From a plasmid, in the sequence record NZ_CP104305.1: DNA of 64,000 bases, one strand, 5' to 3'. Position 1 is the first letter of the stretch, and each line of letters opens with the position of its first letter. Position numbers and translations under genes: made by a program. Positions 39,227 through 49,850 of the stretch are shown here, piece by piece. Under the pieces are notes generated by a model, which was given only the letters and a program-made list of their open reading frames with translations, was not told where the DNA came from and searched no databases.

Positions 39227-39895
39227 ATGAAAGAAAAGAAATTATTAGAATTCATAATGCCTTTACAGGTGGAGAATCACTTAATAATTCGATGTAAACG
39301 TGATGTCATTATTCTGTTGTTAGAAACGATTCAAAGTATTTCTCAATCAGATTTACTTAGAACTAGGAAGAACTCCTGCAAGAATAGCCGCACAAGTGGA
39401 ATCATGTACATAATTAGCTCCCGAATGAAAAGATTCTTTTATTGTCGCAAAGATGGTGGAATAACATCTATTGCATTTCCTTTTAGTTTCACGGAGGATC
39501 AATATAGAATTCAATTTGTGGATTCTTTAACAAGACAAGAGATGACCCCACAACTTACCTCAAGTTTAATTTCACTATTAAACGATTGTGTTTTTGATTT
39601 TGATCATTACAATCCAGATGATATAGAGAGTCAAGATTTAAGTGAAATAGATATTAGCAATCCCTCGTCGAAAGTTTGGGCAATCATGCAGGAGCTTATT
39701 TTATATGATGCCGGTTATTTAAGATATGACATTGATTCTGAGCAAGAGGATAAAGATAGGCACCCATTAAATCACTTGGACATTAACTTTGATAATGCTT
39801 CCACTTTCAAGCTCGGATTACACAGTGAAATCTATATTGAAGAATTACAAAATATAGTCGATAATTCCACCAATACTCGATATTTTGAGCAATGA
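39227..39895 (+). CDS. hypothetical 222-aa partner protein
   Basis: 14 bp after previous stop, same low GC; no recognisable motif. Confidence 0.35.
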   Translation: MKEKKLLEFIMPLQVENHLIIRCKRDVIILLLETIQSISQSDLLRTRKNSCKNSRTSGIMYIISSRMKRFFYCRKDGGITSIAFPFSFTEDQYRIQFVDSLTRQEMTPQLTSSLISLLNDCVFDFDHYNPDDIESQDLSEIDISNPSSKVWAIMQELILYDAGYLRYDIDSEQEDKDRHPLNHLDINFDNASTFKLGLHSEIYIEELQNIVDNSTNTRYFEQ

Positions 39896-40186
39896 TTGCA
39901 ACACTTGGAGTGTACCCTATTGTTGCTACGTATAAAGTTAAGAAACGGTAGTACTCTCTAGTTTGTAGCGATTTCCTGATTAATTTGGCATCAAACATCA
40001 TCAGGTTTAATCCCATGAGTAAAGATGATTTTGGATTATCAAAAAACAGCCAACTCTGATAAGGTGGCTGTTTTTATTCATGTGACGTATTCACTAACTT
40101 AACAGTACTTGAACACACATTCAGATTGAGCAATAATGGGGTTAATCAGTATTCAAAAACTTATACGCAGAAAGTAAGGACATTGA

Positions 40187-40864
40187 ATGACACATTTTGG
40201 TGAAAAACAATCAAATGATATTCAGGAACCGATTCGATATGGCTATGCACGCGTTTCGACGCTCGGACAATCGCTTGATGATCAAATAGCACAACTAAAG
40301 ACAGCTGGAGTTAGATCCGAGAATCTATTCGCAGAAAAATATACAGGAACAACCGTCCAACGTCCAAAGTTTGATAAGCTCATTGAACTAGCGGATCAAG
40401 GAGACGTTATCATCGTAACCAAACTAGATCGCTTAGCTCGTAATACTAAAGAGGCCTTAACTGTTTTAGATGATTTACAGGATCGTGGCATCAGTGTCGA
40501 TGTTTTAAATTTAGGGCGCTTTGCAACCAATGAACAGGGTGAACTAACGGCGATTGCAAGATTAATGCGAACCATGCTACTGGCCTTCGCTGAAATGGAG
40601 CGCGATATGATTGTTGAACGCACACAAGCTGGTAAGGCATATGCTAAGAAACACAATCCGAATTTTAAAGAAGGGAGACCGCTGGCACGCATGACACCAC
40701 AAAAAAGACATGCTTATGCGCTATTAAGAGGAACTTCGGGTGAGCGACGTCACACTTATACCGAAGTAGCTAAGTTGACCGGCTATAGTAAATCCACTAT
40801 TCAACGAATTGCTAAGCGTATTGAATCGGAGGAAATGTTTAAACAATGCAGCGAACAAGAATAA
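40187..40864 (+). CDS. serine recombinase (resolvase/invertase family)
   Basis: YGYARVSTLGQSLDDQ catalytic motif; C-terminal HTH. Confidence 0.8.
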   Translation: MTHFGEKQSNDIQEPIRYGYARVSTLGQSLDDQIAQLKTAGVRSENLFAEKYTGTTVQRPKFDKLIELADQGDVIIVTKLDRLARNTKEALTVLDDLQDRGISVDVLNLGRFATNEQGELTAIARLMRTMLLAFAEMERDMIVERTQAGKAYAKKHNPNFKEGRPLARMTPQKRHAYALLRGTSGERRHTYTEVAKLTGYSKSTIQRIAKRIESEEMFKQCSEQE

Positions 40865-41052
40865 AGTTGAACATCTCAGCAAAATAGTCGGTTTTTAAAC
40901 GAATCTAACAGAAATCCGACGAGAGTTCATCTCAACATTAGAAGAGCATAGGAACAGGGTTCTCACTTAACTTCTGTTCTTCGTTAACGAGTATACTCGA
41001 AAGAAATTAACCGGTATATTCGAGCTAAAACCATCAGGATATGATTTATCGA

Positions 41053-44000
41053 TTATCTTAAAGAGGAGAAAAACGCAAGTAAGCCATCTTCGAAGTCTGC
41101 GGTTTCAAAGAATCCTAAGTTCTGATCCTTTTCAATTTGTGTGATTTTATTTTTCAACTTAGGGTTATCATTTAAGCCAACTCCTGGCAAATATAGATCA
41201 TAGGCTTCGACAATCGCATTACCATTAGATCCGTGGTCAGCTGACCAACGACGTAACTTTAGTTCTTTGCGTTCAGTTCGGATGGTCTTACGTGCATGTT
41301 GCAGCGAATCCGTGTTGAAATGTGTTTTATAGTCGCCATTCTCGATTCCATCGAGAATGTCCTCAATTTCATGTCGACTCTCGTCATCCATTGGGGTAAT
41401 GTGTTCTACAACATTATCCCGGTTTTCCCGCGTCTTTTCGTCCATATAGGCATTAATTAATGCTACTAACATGTCATAATCAATGATTTCATGACTATAC
41501 ATATCAATGGCAATTTTGATGTTCGTCAGGTCAATCTTCTTTTCTGGCGGTAAAAGCTCATTGACATCGTTCAGACGGGCTTGCAGGGCACTGAATTCAT
41601 CATTGTCCTTAATGTTTAACTTGGCCTTATCGCCAGTTACCTTGCCGTCCGCGTCTAGCACATCAACTTCTGAACCAAGTGCATAACCTTGCTGAACTAA
41701 TCGTTGAACTTGTTGATTGACCTCCGATGCTAAAACCGCGAACTCCAATTGTAGCTTTTCAGAACGAGGCGTTTGACTGAAGTCTTCACCGGCAATTTCC
41801 TTAAGATGCTCAATCTTTGGTTGCAATTCATCAATTTGTGTCGACATTCTTGGTGCCAGAATATCGTCGTTAAAAAGGTTCTGTTGATCATCCTTCACCG
41901 ACTTCTTTTTCGCGTCGGCAAGCGTATCATTACCACCTTTAGTATAAATGATCAAAGCTTCCTTGACATTTTCCTCCATAACGTCGCCTTTGCGGAAAAA
42001 GCGCACCTTGCCATACGGCTTAGCATTTTTGTCAATCGTTCGATTGGTACGCGACATTGCTTGAATCAGCATGCCCTCCTTAAGCAGTTTGTCGATATAG
42101 ATGATATTCAGGTACTTAGAATCGAATCCCGTGAGCAGCTGATCTGACACAATGACCAAGTCAAGTCGCTGAGGATGAGCAGTTTCCTCAGCAACGGTCA
42201 ATTTTTGATTGTAAGGCTTTTTGTGGGCTAAACGTTTCGTGATATCAGTTAGGTAAGTCCGTTCTGGATCCTTGTCGTCTAAGAAATTACGGGTCTGATA
42301 GCGCGTTGCATAATCTGTCATCGCCTGCTTCAAGGCAGCTTGCAAATCAGACGTCCCTTCTCCGTTATCCTCATCACGTGAATAAGTCATGGCTACGCGA
42401 AGGTCGGGAGCCAATTCTTTGAACAGGTTATAGTATGCAACGACAGCCTGCTTTCCGGAGACAGCAAACAAGCCATGAAATTGATTTGGCTGACGAACAC
42501 CCCCCTGAATTGGCCCAGAATGGTTCTCTTGCCAATGAGCAAGGATGTCCTCGACCACAGCCTTCCGGAATGGATACGAGGTATACACCTGCTTTTCTAA
42601 TTCCGGCTCAGTCAGGTCAGCATTCGCTGATGCCTCAATTTCCGGCGTGTAATACGTCACATCAAAACCAAGAACGTTACCATCGCCGATAGCATCTTTA
42701 ATGGTATAGCGGTGGAGCCGCTTACCGAAGATATCATAGGTTGAGATATTCCTTGATGTCTTCACTTCATTAACTTCATCGCTATAAAAATTAGGTGTAC
42801 CAGTAAAACCAAACCATGTTGTCTTTGGAAACGCCTTTTTAATCCTAGCGACAGCATCACCACTAGCTGACCGATGAGCTTCATCCATTAAAATGACATT
42901 GCGATCATTGCATAATAACCCTGACTTAACGGCCTTATCTAAGCCCTGCACCGTAATCAAGTAGATAAATGATGGGTCACTTTTCTGCTTGAGTACTTGT
43001 TTCAGATTATGTCCATTTACAATTTGAATTCGGTCTTCAAAGGTTTTGTAGGCATAGGACTTAAAATCGTCATACGTTTGTTTTACTAAATCAACGCGAT
43101 CCACAATGAACAGAACGTTACGAACTTTTGGCATCGATGCGAGTAGTTGTGCAACCTTGAATGAAGTGACGGTCTTGCCTGATCCCGTTGTGTGCCAGAT
43201 ATAGCCGCCTTCTTTTTCAATATAGTTGTTTGCTTCCATCGTTCGCATGCGATCCATAATTGCCCGTGTTGCCTGAATTTGATACGACCGCATGACCATC
43301 AGATTATCATTAGCTGCATCCGGAATCATGTTAACCGTCACTAAACGGTGTAAAGCCGGAATCCCCATCACTTGATGAATGAACGCCATGGTGGCTGTTA
43401 CATCCTTACCATTGTCATCACGCCAACCAAACACGAAATCCTTATTGTATGATTGAGCGTTTTTTGGACGGGCAAAATAATGAGCAGAGTGCTGAGATAG
43501 TACAAATTGAACCTGAACAAATGAAAACAGACCGGTATACATGCCGTCATCGTCATACTTTTGGAGTTGTTCAAACGCATTCCATTGGTTCTGCAGCGAT
43601 TCATCCTTCTCTTCGATATGGACAACGGGCAATCCGTTAATCAAGAGCATGATATCAATACGTCGTTTTTCACTCAATGTAAATGGCAGCTCACTAAATG
43701 TAACTTGGTTGACAATCTCGTAACGAGAATGACCACCGGCCACCTCATCACCATAGAAAATTTCTATCTCCAATTTTGTTCCATCGTCACGGGTCAAAGG
43801 CACTGTTCCAATGCCACCTGACCCCGCCAACATCAGCTGTGCATCGTAGGGTGTCTTATTCTTGTTAAGTTCAAGTTTGATACTCTCGAACTCGTTGTCA
43901 GAAAGTGGTGTGCCGTCGAGCTTGCGTGCGTTGTTCTGGTTCAGAATATCACGCCAATGGTGATACAGAGCCTTAGTGGTTACACCAGATAAATCATCGC

Positions 44001-44064
44001 GGTATGTCCAACCTTCCGATTTAAGTTTCTCAATTACCGCTTTTTCAAACTTGTCTTCCGCCAT
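41053..44064 (-). CDS. hsdR: type I restriction enzyme R subunit
   Basis: 1003 aa; TGSGKT Walker A, DEAH box (LMDEAHRS). Confidence 0.9.
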   Translation of the reverse strand: MAEDKFEKAVIEKLKSEGWTYRDDLSGVTTKALYHHWRDILNQNNARKLDGTPLSDNEFESIKLELNKNKTPYDAQLMLAGSGGIGTVPLTRDDGTKLEIEIFYGDEVAGGHSRYEIVNQVTFSELPFTLSEKRRIDIMLLINGLPVVHIEEKDESLQNQWNAFEQLQKYDDDGMYTGLFSFVQVQFVLSQHSAHYFARPKNAQSYNKDFVFGWRDDNGKDVTATMAFIHQVMGIPALHRLVTVNMIPDAANDNLMVMRSYQIQATRAIMDRMRTMEANNYIEKEGGYIWHTTGSGKTVTSFKVAQLLASMPKVRNVLFIVDRVDLVKQTYDDFKSYAYKTFEDRIQIVNGHNLKQVLKQKSDPSFIYLITVQGLDKAVKSGLLCNDRNVILMDEAHRSASGDAVARIKKAFPKTTWFGFTGTPNFYSDEVNEVKTSRNISTYDIFGKRLHRYTIKDAIGDGNVLGFDVTYYTPEIEASANADLTEPELEKQVYTSYPFRKAVVEDILAHWQENHSGPIQGGVRQPNQFHGLFAVSGKQAVVAYYNLFKELAPDLRVAMTYSRDEDNGEGTSDLQAALKQAMTDYATRYQTRNFLDDKDPERTYLTDITKRLAHKKPYNQKLTVAEETAHPQRLDLVIVSDQLLTGFDSKYLNIIYIDKLLKEGMLIQAMSRTNRTIDKNAKPYGKVRFFRKGDVMEENVKEALIIYTKGGNDTLADAKKKSVKDDQQNLFNDDILAPRMSTQIDELQPKIEHLKEIAGEDFSQTPRSEKLQLEFAVLASEVNQQVQRLVQQGYALGSEVDVLDADGKVTGDKAKLNIKDNDEFSALQARLNDVNELLPPEKKIDLTNIKIAIDMYSHEIIDYDMLVALINAYMDEKTRENRDNVVEHITPMDDESRHEIEDILDGIENGDYKTHFNTDSLQHARKTIRTERKELKLRRWSADHGSNGNAIVEAYDLYLPGVGLNDNPKLKNKITQIEKDQNLGFFETADFEDGLLAFFSSLR

Positions 44065-44121
44065 CTACCCATCTCCTCCGAAACTGTGCAACTGCGATAT
44101 TGTCGTCAATCAAGATCCGAA

Positions 44122-45354
44122 CTATACAAACATCTTTTGGAGCAGTGCCTTCTTCAAGTTTTTGAGAACCTCACCTTTACGTTTAGTTGCAGCGATAAGG
44201 TTTTCCAAGGTAATAATGAACTGAGCAACTGCAACTTGTTCGTGCACGGTTGGAATAGAAACCACTAAATCTCTTACCAACTCTGAATTAATATTGATTT
44301 GAGATCCTGGTTGTCCAAATCTAGCCCAATTAGGTCGATATTTCTCTAGGAAATAAAACATAAAGTCCAAATCAAATTTTGGATCCATAAATACAATAAA
44401 ACCGTCGTGTACACCGACCTGAATGTAGTTCTGGACTGGTTTCCCGACAGTTGCGGCAATGCTCAATAACAGGTGCTTGGATTTTAAAACCAAAGTCTTT
44501 TTCTGACCAGCATCGGATAAGTATTGCTCAACTTGGTGTATTCTGCCGTTTTGTTCTGTAACATCTGATATTCTTATCCATCCTACCTGAGATGTTTGAC
44601 TAAACCACTTTTTGTTTTTTATCGGTCTGGGGCTTGCACCTCGTCGAATATTTGCAAGCTCTCCCAACTTACGCTTTTCCCAAGCGTCAGTGAACCCCTT
44701 GAACCGAATATCGGGGATCGGACTTGTTTCAGATGCGAATAATCGTTGCAACAGGCCCTTCTTCAAGTTTTGAAGAACATCACCTTTACGCTGGTTGACT
44801 GCGATGAGGGAATCGAGGCGGGAGAAGAAGGCGCCGATCTTGGTTTGCTCGATAACCTCCTCAGGGATACCAAGCTCATACTTTGCAAGGTCAGATGGCG
44901 TAATACGCTTCTGACTATTTGAAGTTCCTGAGGACATCGCCTCCATATCCCGCGTCACCTTATCAGACAACATAATTTGCTCAAGAAGTCCTAGAGCAAC
45001 CTTATCAGAGGTAAAGGGTACGAATTCACTCGATGTAACTGCATTATCTTCAACTTCTCGAAGCCACCAAATTCTGCGCTGTCGAACGTTTAACTTGTTA
45101 ATGAGCAGAACATTCCCTGATATTTTTAGGCGAAGACTCTGCATCATCTTTCCCAAAACGACTTGCGGAGTTCTTCCATTATCGAACGCTGGCATACTGT
45201 ATTCAGCAAATTTTTCAGCGGGTGTATCTTGCGGATTAATACTGTCTCGAACAAAGTTGCCAAGTTCCCCCAGCTTCCGCTTTTCCCAAGCGTCCGTGAA
45301 TCCCTTAAACCGAATAGCCGGTTGAGTTCTTTGGTGGTCCCGAACATTACTCAT
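44122..45354 (-). CDS. hsdS: type I R-M specificity subunit with two target-recognition domains
   Basis: conserved IRFKGFTDAWEKRKLGEL repeated at start of each half. Confidence 0.8.
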   Translation of the reverse strand: MSNVRDHQRTQPAIRFKGFTDAWEKRKLGELGNFVRDSINPQDTPAEKFAEYSMPAFDNGRTPQVVLGKMMQSLRLKISGNVLLINKLNVRQRRIWWLREVEDNAVTSSEFVPFTSDKVALGLLEQIMLSDKVTRDMEAMSSGTSNSQKRITPSDLAKYELGIPEEVIEQTKIGAFFSRLDSLIAVNQRKGDVLQNLKKGLLQRLFASETSPIPDIRFKGFTDAWEKRKLGELANIRRGASPRPIKNKKWFSQTSQVGWIRISDVTEQNGRIHQVEQYLSDAGQKKTLVLKSKHLLLSIAATVGKPVQNYIQVGVHDGFIVFMDPKFDLDFMFYFLEKYRPNWARFGQPGSQININSELVRDLVVSIPTVHEQVAVAQFIITLENLIAATKRKGEVLKNLKKALLQKMFV

Positions 45355-46936
45355 GATCCAGAACCTCCCTTAACTCATCCAATATCTGCTGATCCTCTTG
45401 ATGAGTCACCACTAAATCGCTCATCATTTCTTTCAGGTCAGTTGTAAGTCGATTTTCTTCTTTAGACAGAGCCTTCATACTACTTAATAGCTCCGCAGAA
45501 TCGACTGGCTCCTCTTCTTCAAAGGTATCAACATAGCGTGGAATATTGAGGTTATAATCATTTTCTCGGATTTCGTCCATTGTCGCGACATGTGCGTACT
45601 TATCAATATCGTGATGTGCTAGATAGGCTTCAACAATTTTGTTAATGTCTTCTTCTCTTAATTTATTGCTGTTTTTCTGCCTCTCGTACCCCTTTGAGGC
45701 GTCAATAAACAGCACATCATCAGTTGCGCGGTTCTTCTCAAGAACCATGATGATGGTTGGAATACCTGTATTCGTGAAGATCTTTTCGGGCAGGCCAATA
45801 ATGGCCACAATGTGGCGATTTTCCAAAAGCTCCTTGCGAATACGTTCCTCGGCAGCCCCACGGAACAGAACGCCATGTGGCAAAACAATTGCCATCCGAC
45901 CGTCTGATTTTAAATGGTACAAACTGTGCAATAGGAATGCATAGTCAGCTTTAGACTTTGGGGCAACTCCAAATCTGAAGCGTGGATCATCTTCTCGATT
46001 CGTATTATCCCACTTTTGTGAATAGGGTGGATTTGCCATGACTGCATCAAACATACGAGGGTTATCAATACCTTCAACAACACCATCAGGCCAATCACCA
46101 TTCAACGTATCAGCATTACGAAGGTTGATGTCATTATACTCAACGCCATGCATCATCAGGTTCATACGCGCAAGATTGTAAGTCGTCGTAATCAGTTCTT
46201 GTCCATAATACTTAATGGCTCCACGAACGCCAGCATTTTTCATATGAGATGCTGTTGTCAGAAGCAATGAACCAGATCCCATTGTCGGATCGTACAGATT
46301 ATATTCTTCAAGGTTTTCACGCCCAGCAGTTAAAATACGAGCCATAACGTCTGATACTTGGTGTGGTGTATAGAACTCTCCGGCCTTAGCACCAGAATTA
46401 GCGGCAAACATACTAATCAAGTATTCGTATAGATCACCTAAGATGTCAGCCTCTTCACCTAGCTCCATCTTATCCATGAGGTTAATCCAAGCCATTAATG
46501 TTGCCGTACGGGTCTGTGCATTGGCACCTAGCCGTGATGAGGTGAGATCCATATCGGTAAAGATTCCGGCAAAGTTGTCTTTGGCATCTGGGCTCACACC
46601 TTGATCGAAATGAACTAAAGCATCAGAAACCATCATAATATTGAACTTGTCTTCATTAATTGCGGTCTTCCAATCCGAGAACATGTCGCCTGGTTGAATC
46701 ACATAGCCAAGGGTTCGTTGCATAAAGCCCGCCGATTTCTCAGGATTTTGTTTCCAAACATCGGCCCATGTTTCGCCACGTAACACCTGATTAAGCCAGT
46801 GTTGGGCCTTTTCAGATAAGAACTTGTAGAACATGACTCCAAAGATGTAGTTTTTGTATTCTGACGGTTCAATCTTTCCCCGAGTCTCGTTTAATGTCTT
46901 CCAGATTAAAGCCTCTTTGTCGGCTGTCAATGCCAT
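45347..46936 (-). CDS. hsdM: type I R-M N6-adenine DNA methyltransferase subunit
   Basis: NPPYS motif IV; overlaps hsdS start. Confidence 0.9.
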   Translation of the reverse strand: MALTADKEALIWKTLNETRGKIEPSEYKNYIFGVMFYKFLSEKAQHWLNQVLRGETWADVWKQNPEKSAGFMQRTLGYVIQPGDMFSDWKTAINEDKFNIMMVSDALVHFDQGVSPDAKDNFAGIFTDMDLTSSRLGANAQTRTATLMAWINLMDKMELGEEADILGDLYEYLISMFAANSGAKAGEFYTPHQVSDVMARILTAGRENLEEYNLYDPTMGSGSLLLTTASHMKNAGVRGAIKYYGQELITTTYNLARMNLMMHGVEYNDINLRNADTLNGDWPDGVVEGIDNPRMFDAVMANPPYSQKWDNTNREDDPRFRFGVAPKSKADYAFLLHSLYHLKSDGRMAIVLPHGVLFRGAAEERIRKELLENRHIVAIIGLPEKIFTNTGIPTIIMVLEKNRATDDVLFIDASKGYERQKNSNKLREEDINKIVEAYLAHHDIDKYAHVATMDEIRENDYNLNIPRYVDTFEEEEPVDSAELLSSMKALSKEENRLTTDLKEMMSDLVVTHQEDQQILDELREVLDHE

Positions 46937-47206
46937 TGTGTTCTCCTTTGTTGTACTGTCTTATTTAGAATTGGCTTTCGCATAAACCTATACTATTATA
47001 AATGATTCTGGCACAATTGGGCTTGTAAAGGTCCCCCTCACTAATTTATGAGGTTACCTTAGTGACAGTTATTCGCTGATCCCTTGATATCAACAAATTT
47101 GCGTTTGGTTGATCAGTTGAAATGTTTTGAGGCTGCCGTGACAACTATAATCGCTTAATGTTGGACATTAATACCATACAAAGACTTAATTTCTTAGTTC
47201 GAAAGG

Positions 47207-47640
47207 ATGGCTTCTATGAGATTATTAGTGTGGCTACTCAAAGTGTATGGACTTATTACAATTCTGATTAGCGCATCATTTCTACCAATATCTGTTGTAG
47301 ATGCGTCAACGCTACCGGCTAAGCCCGCTTCATATTATTATGACAGGGATCAAATTTTTCCCAGAAAACAAAAAGCCTCATTACAGGCACAAATAAGGCT
47401 TGGGCAGATAGTCAAAACGTTCCAGAGATTTATGTGACGACGATGACAGAAAACGGGGCAGATGTAGATGATTTAGCCTCAAATGTTTTTAAGTCTTGGG
47501 GTATCGGTCAATCAAGCAGTGATAGTGGTATCTGCAACAGGTGGTGGATCTTCTGGAGGTGGCGGAGCATCAATTTGATACTGGAATTTCTAATCAAGAA
47601 GTTGCTTAAGTTAGAAAACAACAACAGCAATTGACGACAC
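47207..47640 (+). pseudogene. disrupted TPM-domain (YgcG-like) protein gene
   Basis: signal peptide ORF then frame changes; pieces ...YYYDRDQIF...SLQAQI and FKSWGIGQSS match TPM domain consensus; Gly-rich tail. Confidence 0.35.
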
Positions 47641-47803
47641 AAAGGGGTCCCCATTTGGACGGACTTTGTAGCACGATTCTGTACTAGAATGAAGGTAATG
47701 GGCAAAATCTGCCGCAGAATTCTAGAGGACGTTTAGTACTAATTTATAGAAGCTCGGTCATTTATGGGCGAGTAGTTCACAAAAAGAGAGGACTTAGCAA
47801 ATT

Positions 47804-48346
47804 ATGAAAAAAGCTTTGGTAGGATTTGGAATTATATTAGGAGTCAGTACTCTGACGGCATGTACCTCAAAAAATGGGGAGAGCGTAACAAGCCGATCAG
47901 ATGCATCTACTCAGCAAAAAGAAAGTGCATCAACAGTAAAAGCGGAACCATCCACATCCTCAGAAGAATCTAGTGCTACATCACAGTCCTCAGAAAGTAG
48001 CGAAGAGAAGAAGTTACAATACGTAATCGTTTCAAGAAAAAGCGAAAAAAAGAACTTCATTCATGGATCAGTTGAACTACATGGAGGGGACGGAACTAAA
48101 GTAGACGTTAAAGTCGATGATAACGATATTAAGGCCGGTTCTTATCAAGCAACATGGACGCCAGGTGCTATAGGAGGATCAAGCAAAGACTACGGTTATG
48201 GCATTATTTATATAAATGGTGATCAGAACTCAATTCAAGTGAAGCCAGACAAGCCAACTGATGTTACATTTAAAGATGGTGATACTATTACTTTCCAATT
48301 TGCTGGTAATGGAGACAACGATAAGCTTACTTTGGATCAAAAGTAG
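47804..48346 (+). CDS. Ser-rich lipoprotein, hypothetical
   Basis: signal peptide plus lipobox LTAC; RBS. Confidence 0.45.
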   Translation: MKKALVGFGIILGVSTLTACTSKNGESVTSRSDASTQQKESASTVKAEPSTSSEESSATSQSSESSEEKKLQYVIVSRKSEKKNFIHGSVELHGGDGTKVDVKVDDNDIKAGSYQATWTPGAIGGSSKDYGYGIIYINGDQNSIQVKPDKPTDVTFKDGDTITFQFAGNGDNDKLTLDQK

Positions 48347-48547
48347 ACCCTGGAGATCTCATCTTTTGTTATGGTTTGGATGTACTGAGAATATTCTTGC
48401 CAATGCCTCTTTCTGGACAAAATAGCTGGACTGAGGATCAACTTGGGAAGCATCCTCATTGTTTTACAATAGGGTGTACCCTATTGTAACTAAAGAGAGA
48501 AGGGAGTATTATTAGTTACATATAAGTGACCCGGAGGCGACCTATAA

Positions 48548-49198
48548 TTGGCTAAAATCGGTTATGCGCGTGTTAGTACGCGTGATCAAAATCTTGCACG
48601 TCAAATTGAACAGCTACATGATGCCGGTGTTAATAAAATCTTTCAAGAGAAGCTTTCAGGAAAAAATGCCGATCGTCCTCAACTGAAAGCAATGTTAGAC
48701 TATATTCGTGATGATGATGAAGTAGTGGTACTGAGCCTTGACCGACTTGGTCGCAATTCTCATGATTTGACTGACATCATCGAAACCATTCGGCATCGTG
48801 GAGCTCAATTGAATGTTCTAAATCTGCCTAGCTTTGCAAGTATTGAAGATCCTAACCTTCGTAACTTGATTACGACAATTATTGTCGAACTATATAAGTA
48901 TATTGCTCAAGAAGAGCGCGAAACTATTAAGATACGGCAACAACAAGGCATAGAAATTGCCAAACGCCAGGGCAAATATAAGGGCAAAATTCGCGAATAT
49001 GGTCCTCATTCACCTAATCGTCAAAAACGCTATATTTATAAAGAAGCCTGTCGCCTTTTAAATAGGAAGAAAGACGGAGATGAAACTCTGACCAAGCGAC
49101 AAATTGCTCGCATGTTAGGTATTGCACCAGTAACCTTATATCGCATCGAAAAGTATCAGGCAGAAGATCTAGCAAACTTTCCCCCTAGTGAGAGGTAA
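48548..49198 (+). CDS. serine recombinase (resolvase/invertase family)
   Basis: MAKIGYARVSTRDQNL; C-terminal HTH. Confidence 0.8.
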   Translation: MAKIGYARVSTRDQNLARQIEQLHDAGVNKIFQEKLSGKNADRPQLKAMLDYIRDDDEVVVLSLDRLGRNSHDLTDIIETIRHRGAQLNVLNLPSFASIEDPNLRNLITTIIVELYKYIAQEERETIKIRQQQGIEIAKRQGKYKGKIREYGPHSPNRQKRYIYKEACRLLNRKKDGDETLTKRQIARMLGIAPVTLYRIEKYQAEDLANFPPSER

Positions 49199-49203
49199 AC
49201 ATC

Positions 49204-49488
49204 ATGATAGATTTAAGGGGCAAACGAATTCTCTTTACCGGCCGTTTGCGATCTTTTCGTCGTTTCCAGGCACAACAGTTAGCAACTATTCTAGGAGCAA
49301 AACCTGTCAACGGGATTGACAAAAATGTCGATATCCTTGTGGTTGGTATTATTAGCAAACCCTATGATCAACTACTTACCACTCAAAAGTTAACGTATGC
49401 TAGAACCTATGGCATTCCAAAGATTGACGAATTAGCCTTTATTTCATGGTGCCAATGGCGATTAGATCAATTGAAAACAACTCTTTAA
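49204..49488 (+). CDS. stand-alone BRCT-domain protein
   Basis: GKRILFTG.L...R..A......LGAK.........D.LVVG...........K...A...GI.KIDE pattern as in LigA C-terminal BRCT. Confidence 0.55.
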   Translation: MIDLRGKRILFTGRLRSFRRFQAQQLATILGAKPVNGIDKNVDILVVGIISKPYDQLLTTQKLTYARTYGIPKIDELAFISWCQWRLDQLKTTL

Positions 49489-49517
49489 GTACCTTCTTAT
49501 CAAACGGGGAGATTAGT

Positions 49518-49850
49518 ATGCAAAAGCGTATCGATTTGGCCAATCAAACGTTTGGACGACTCACAGTCATTAGTTTTTTTGGAAGCAGTTCTAATGGAAA
49601 CGCGCTTTGGCTCTGTCAATGTCAATGTGGAAATAAATGTATCGTTGACAGTCAACGACTTCAAAAAGGACTCACTCGCAGTTGTGGGTGTTTGCGATCA
49701 GAAATAAGCAGATCAAACATAAAAGCTAATAACCAGACTAAAAAATACATGGGCAATCCCAAGAATTTTCAACTAATTAATCGAACAAATTTAGTTGCTT
49801 CTACACTTAAACGGTCCAATAACAAATTCGGCATGATAGGTATTAGTTAG
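49518..49850 (+). CDS. zinc-ribbon protein (FGRLTVI...WLCQCQCGN...SCGC)
   Basis: four-Cys motif common in phage/plasmid HNH- or AP2-associated N-domains. Confidence 0.4.
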   Translation: MQKRIDLANQTFGRLTVISFFGSSSNGNALWLCQCQCGNKCIVDSQRLQKGLTRSCGCLRSEISRSNIKANNQTKKYMGNPKNFQLINRTNLVASTLKRSNNKFGMIGIS

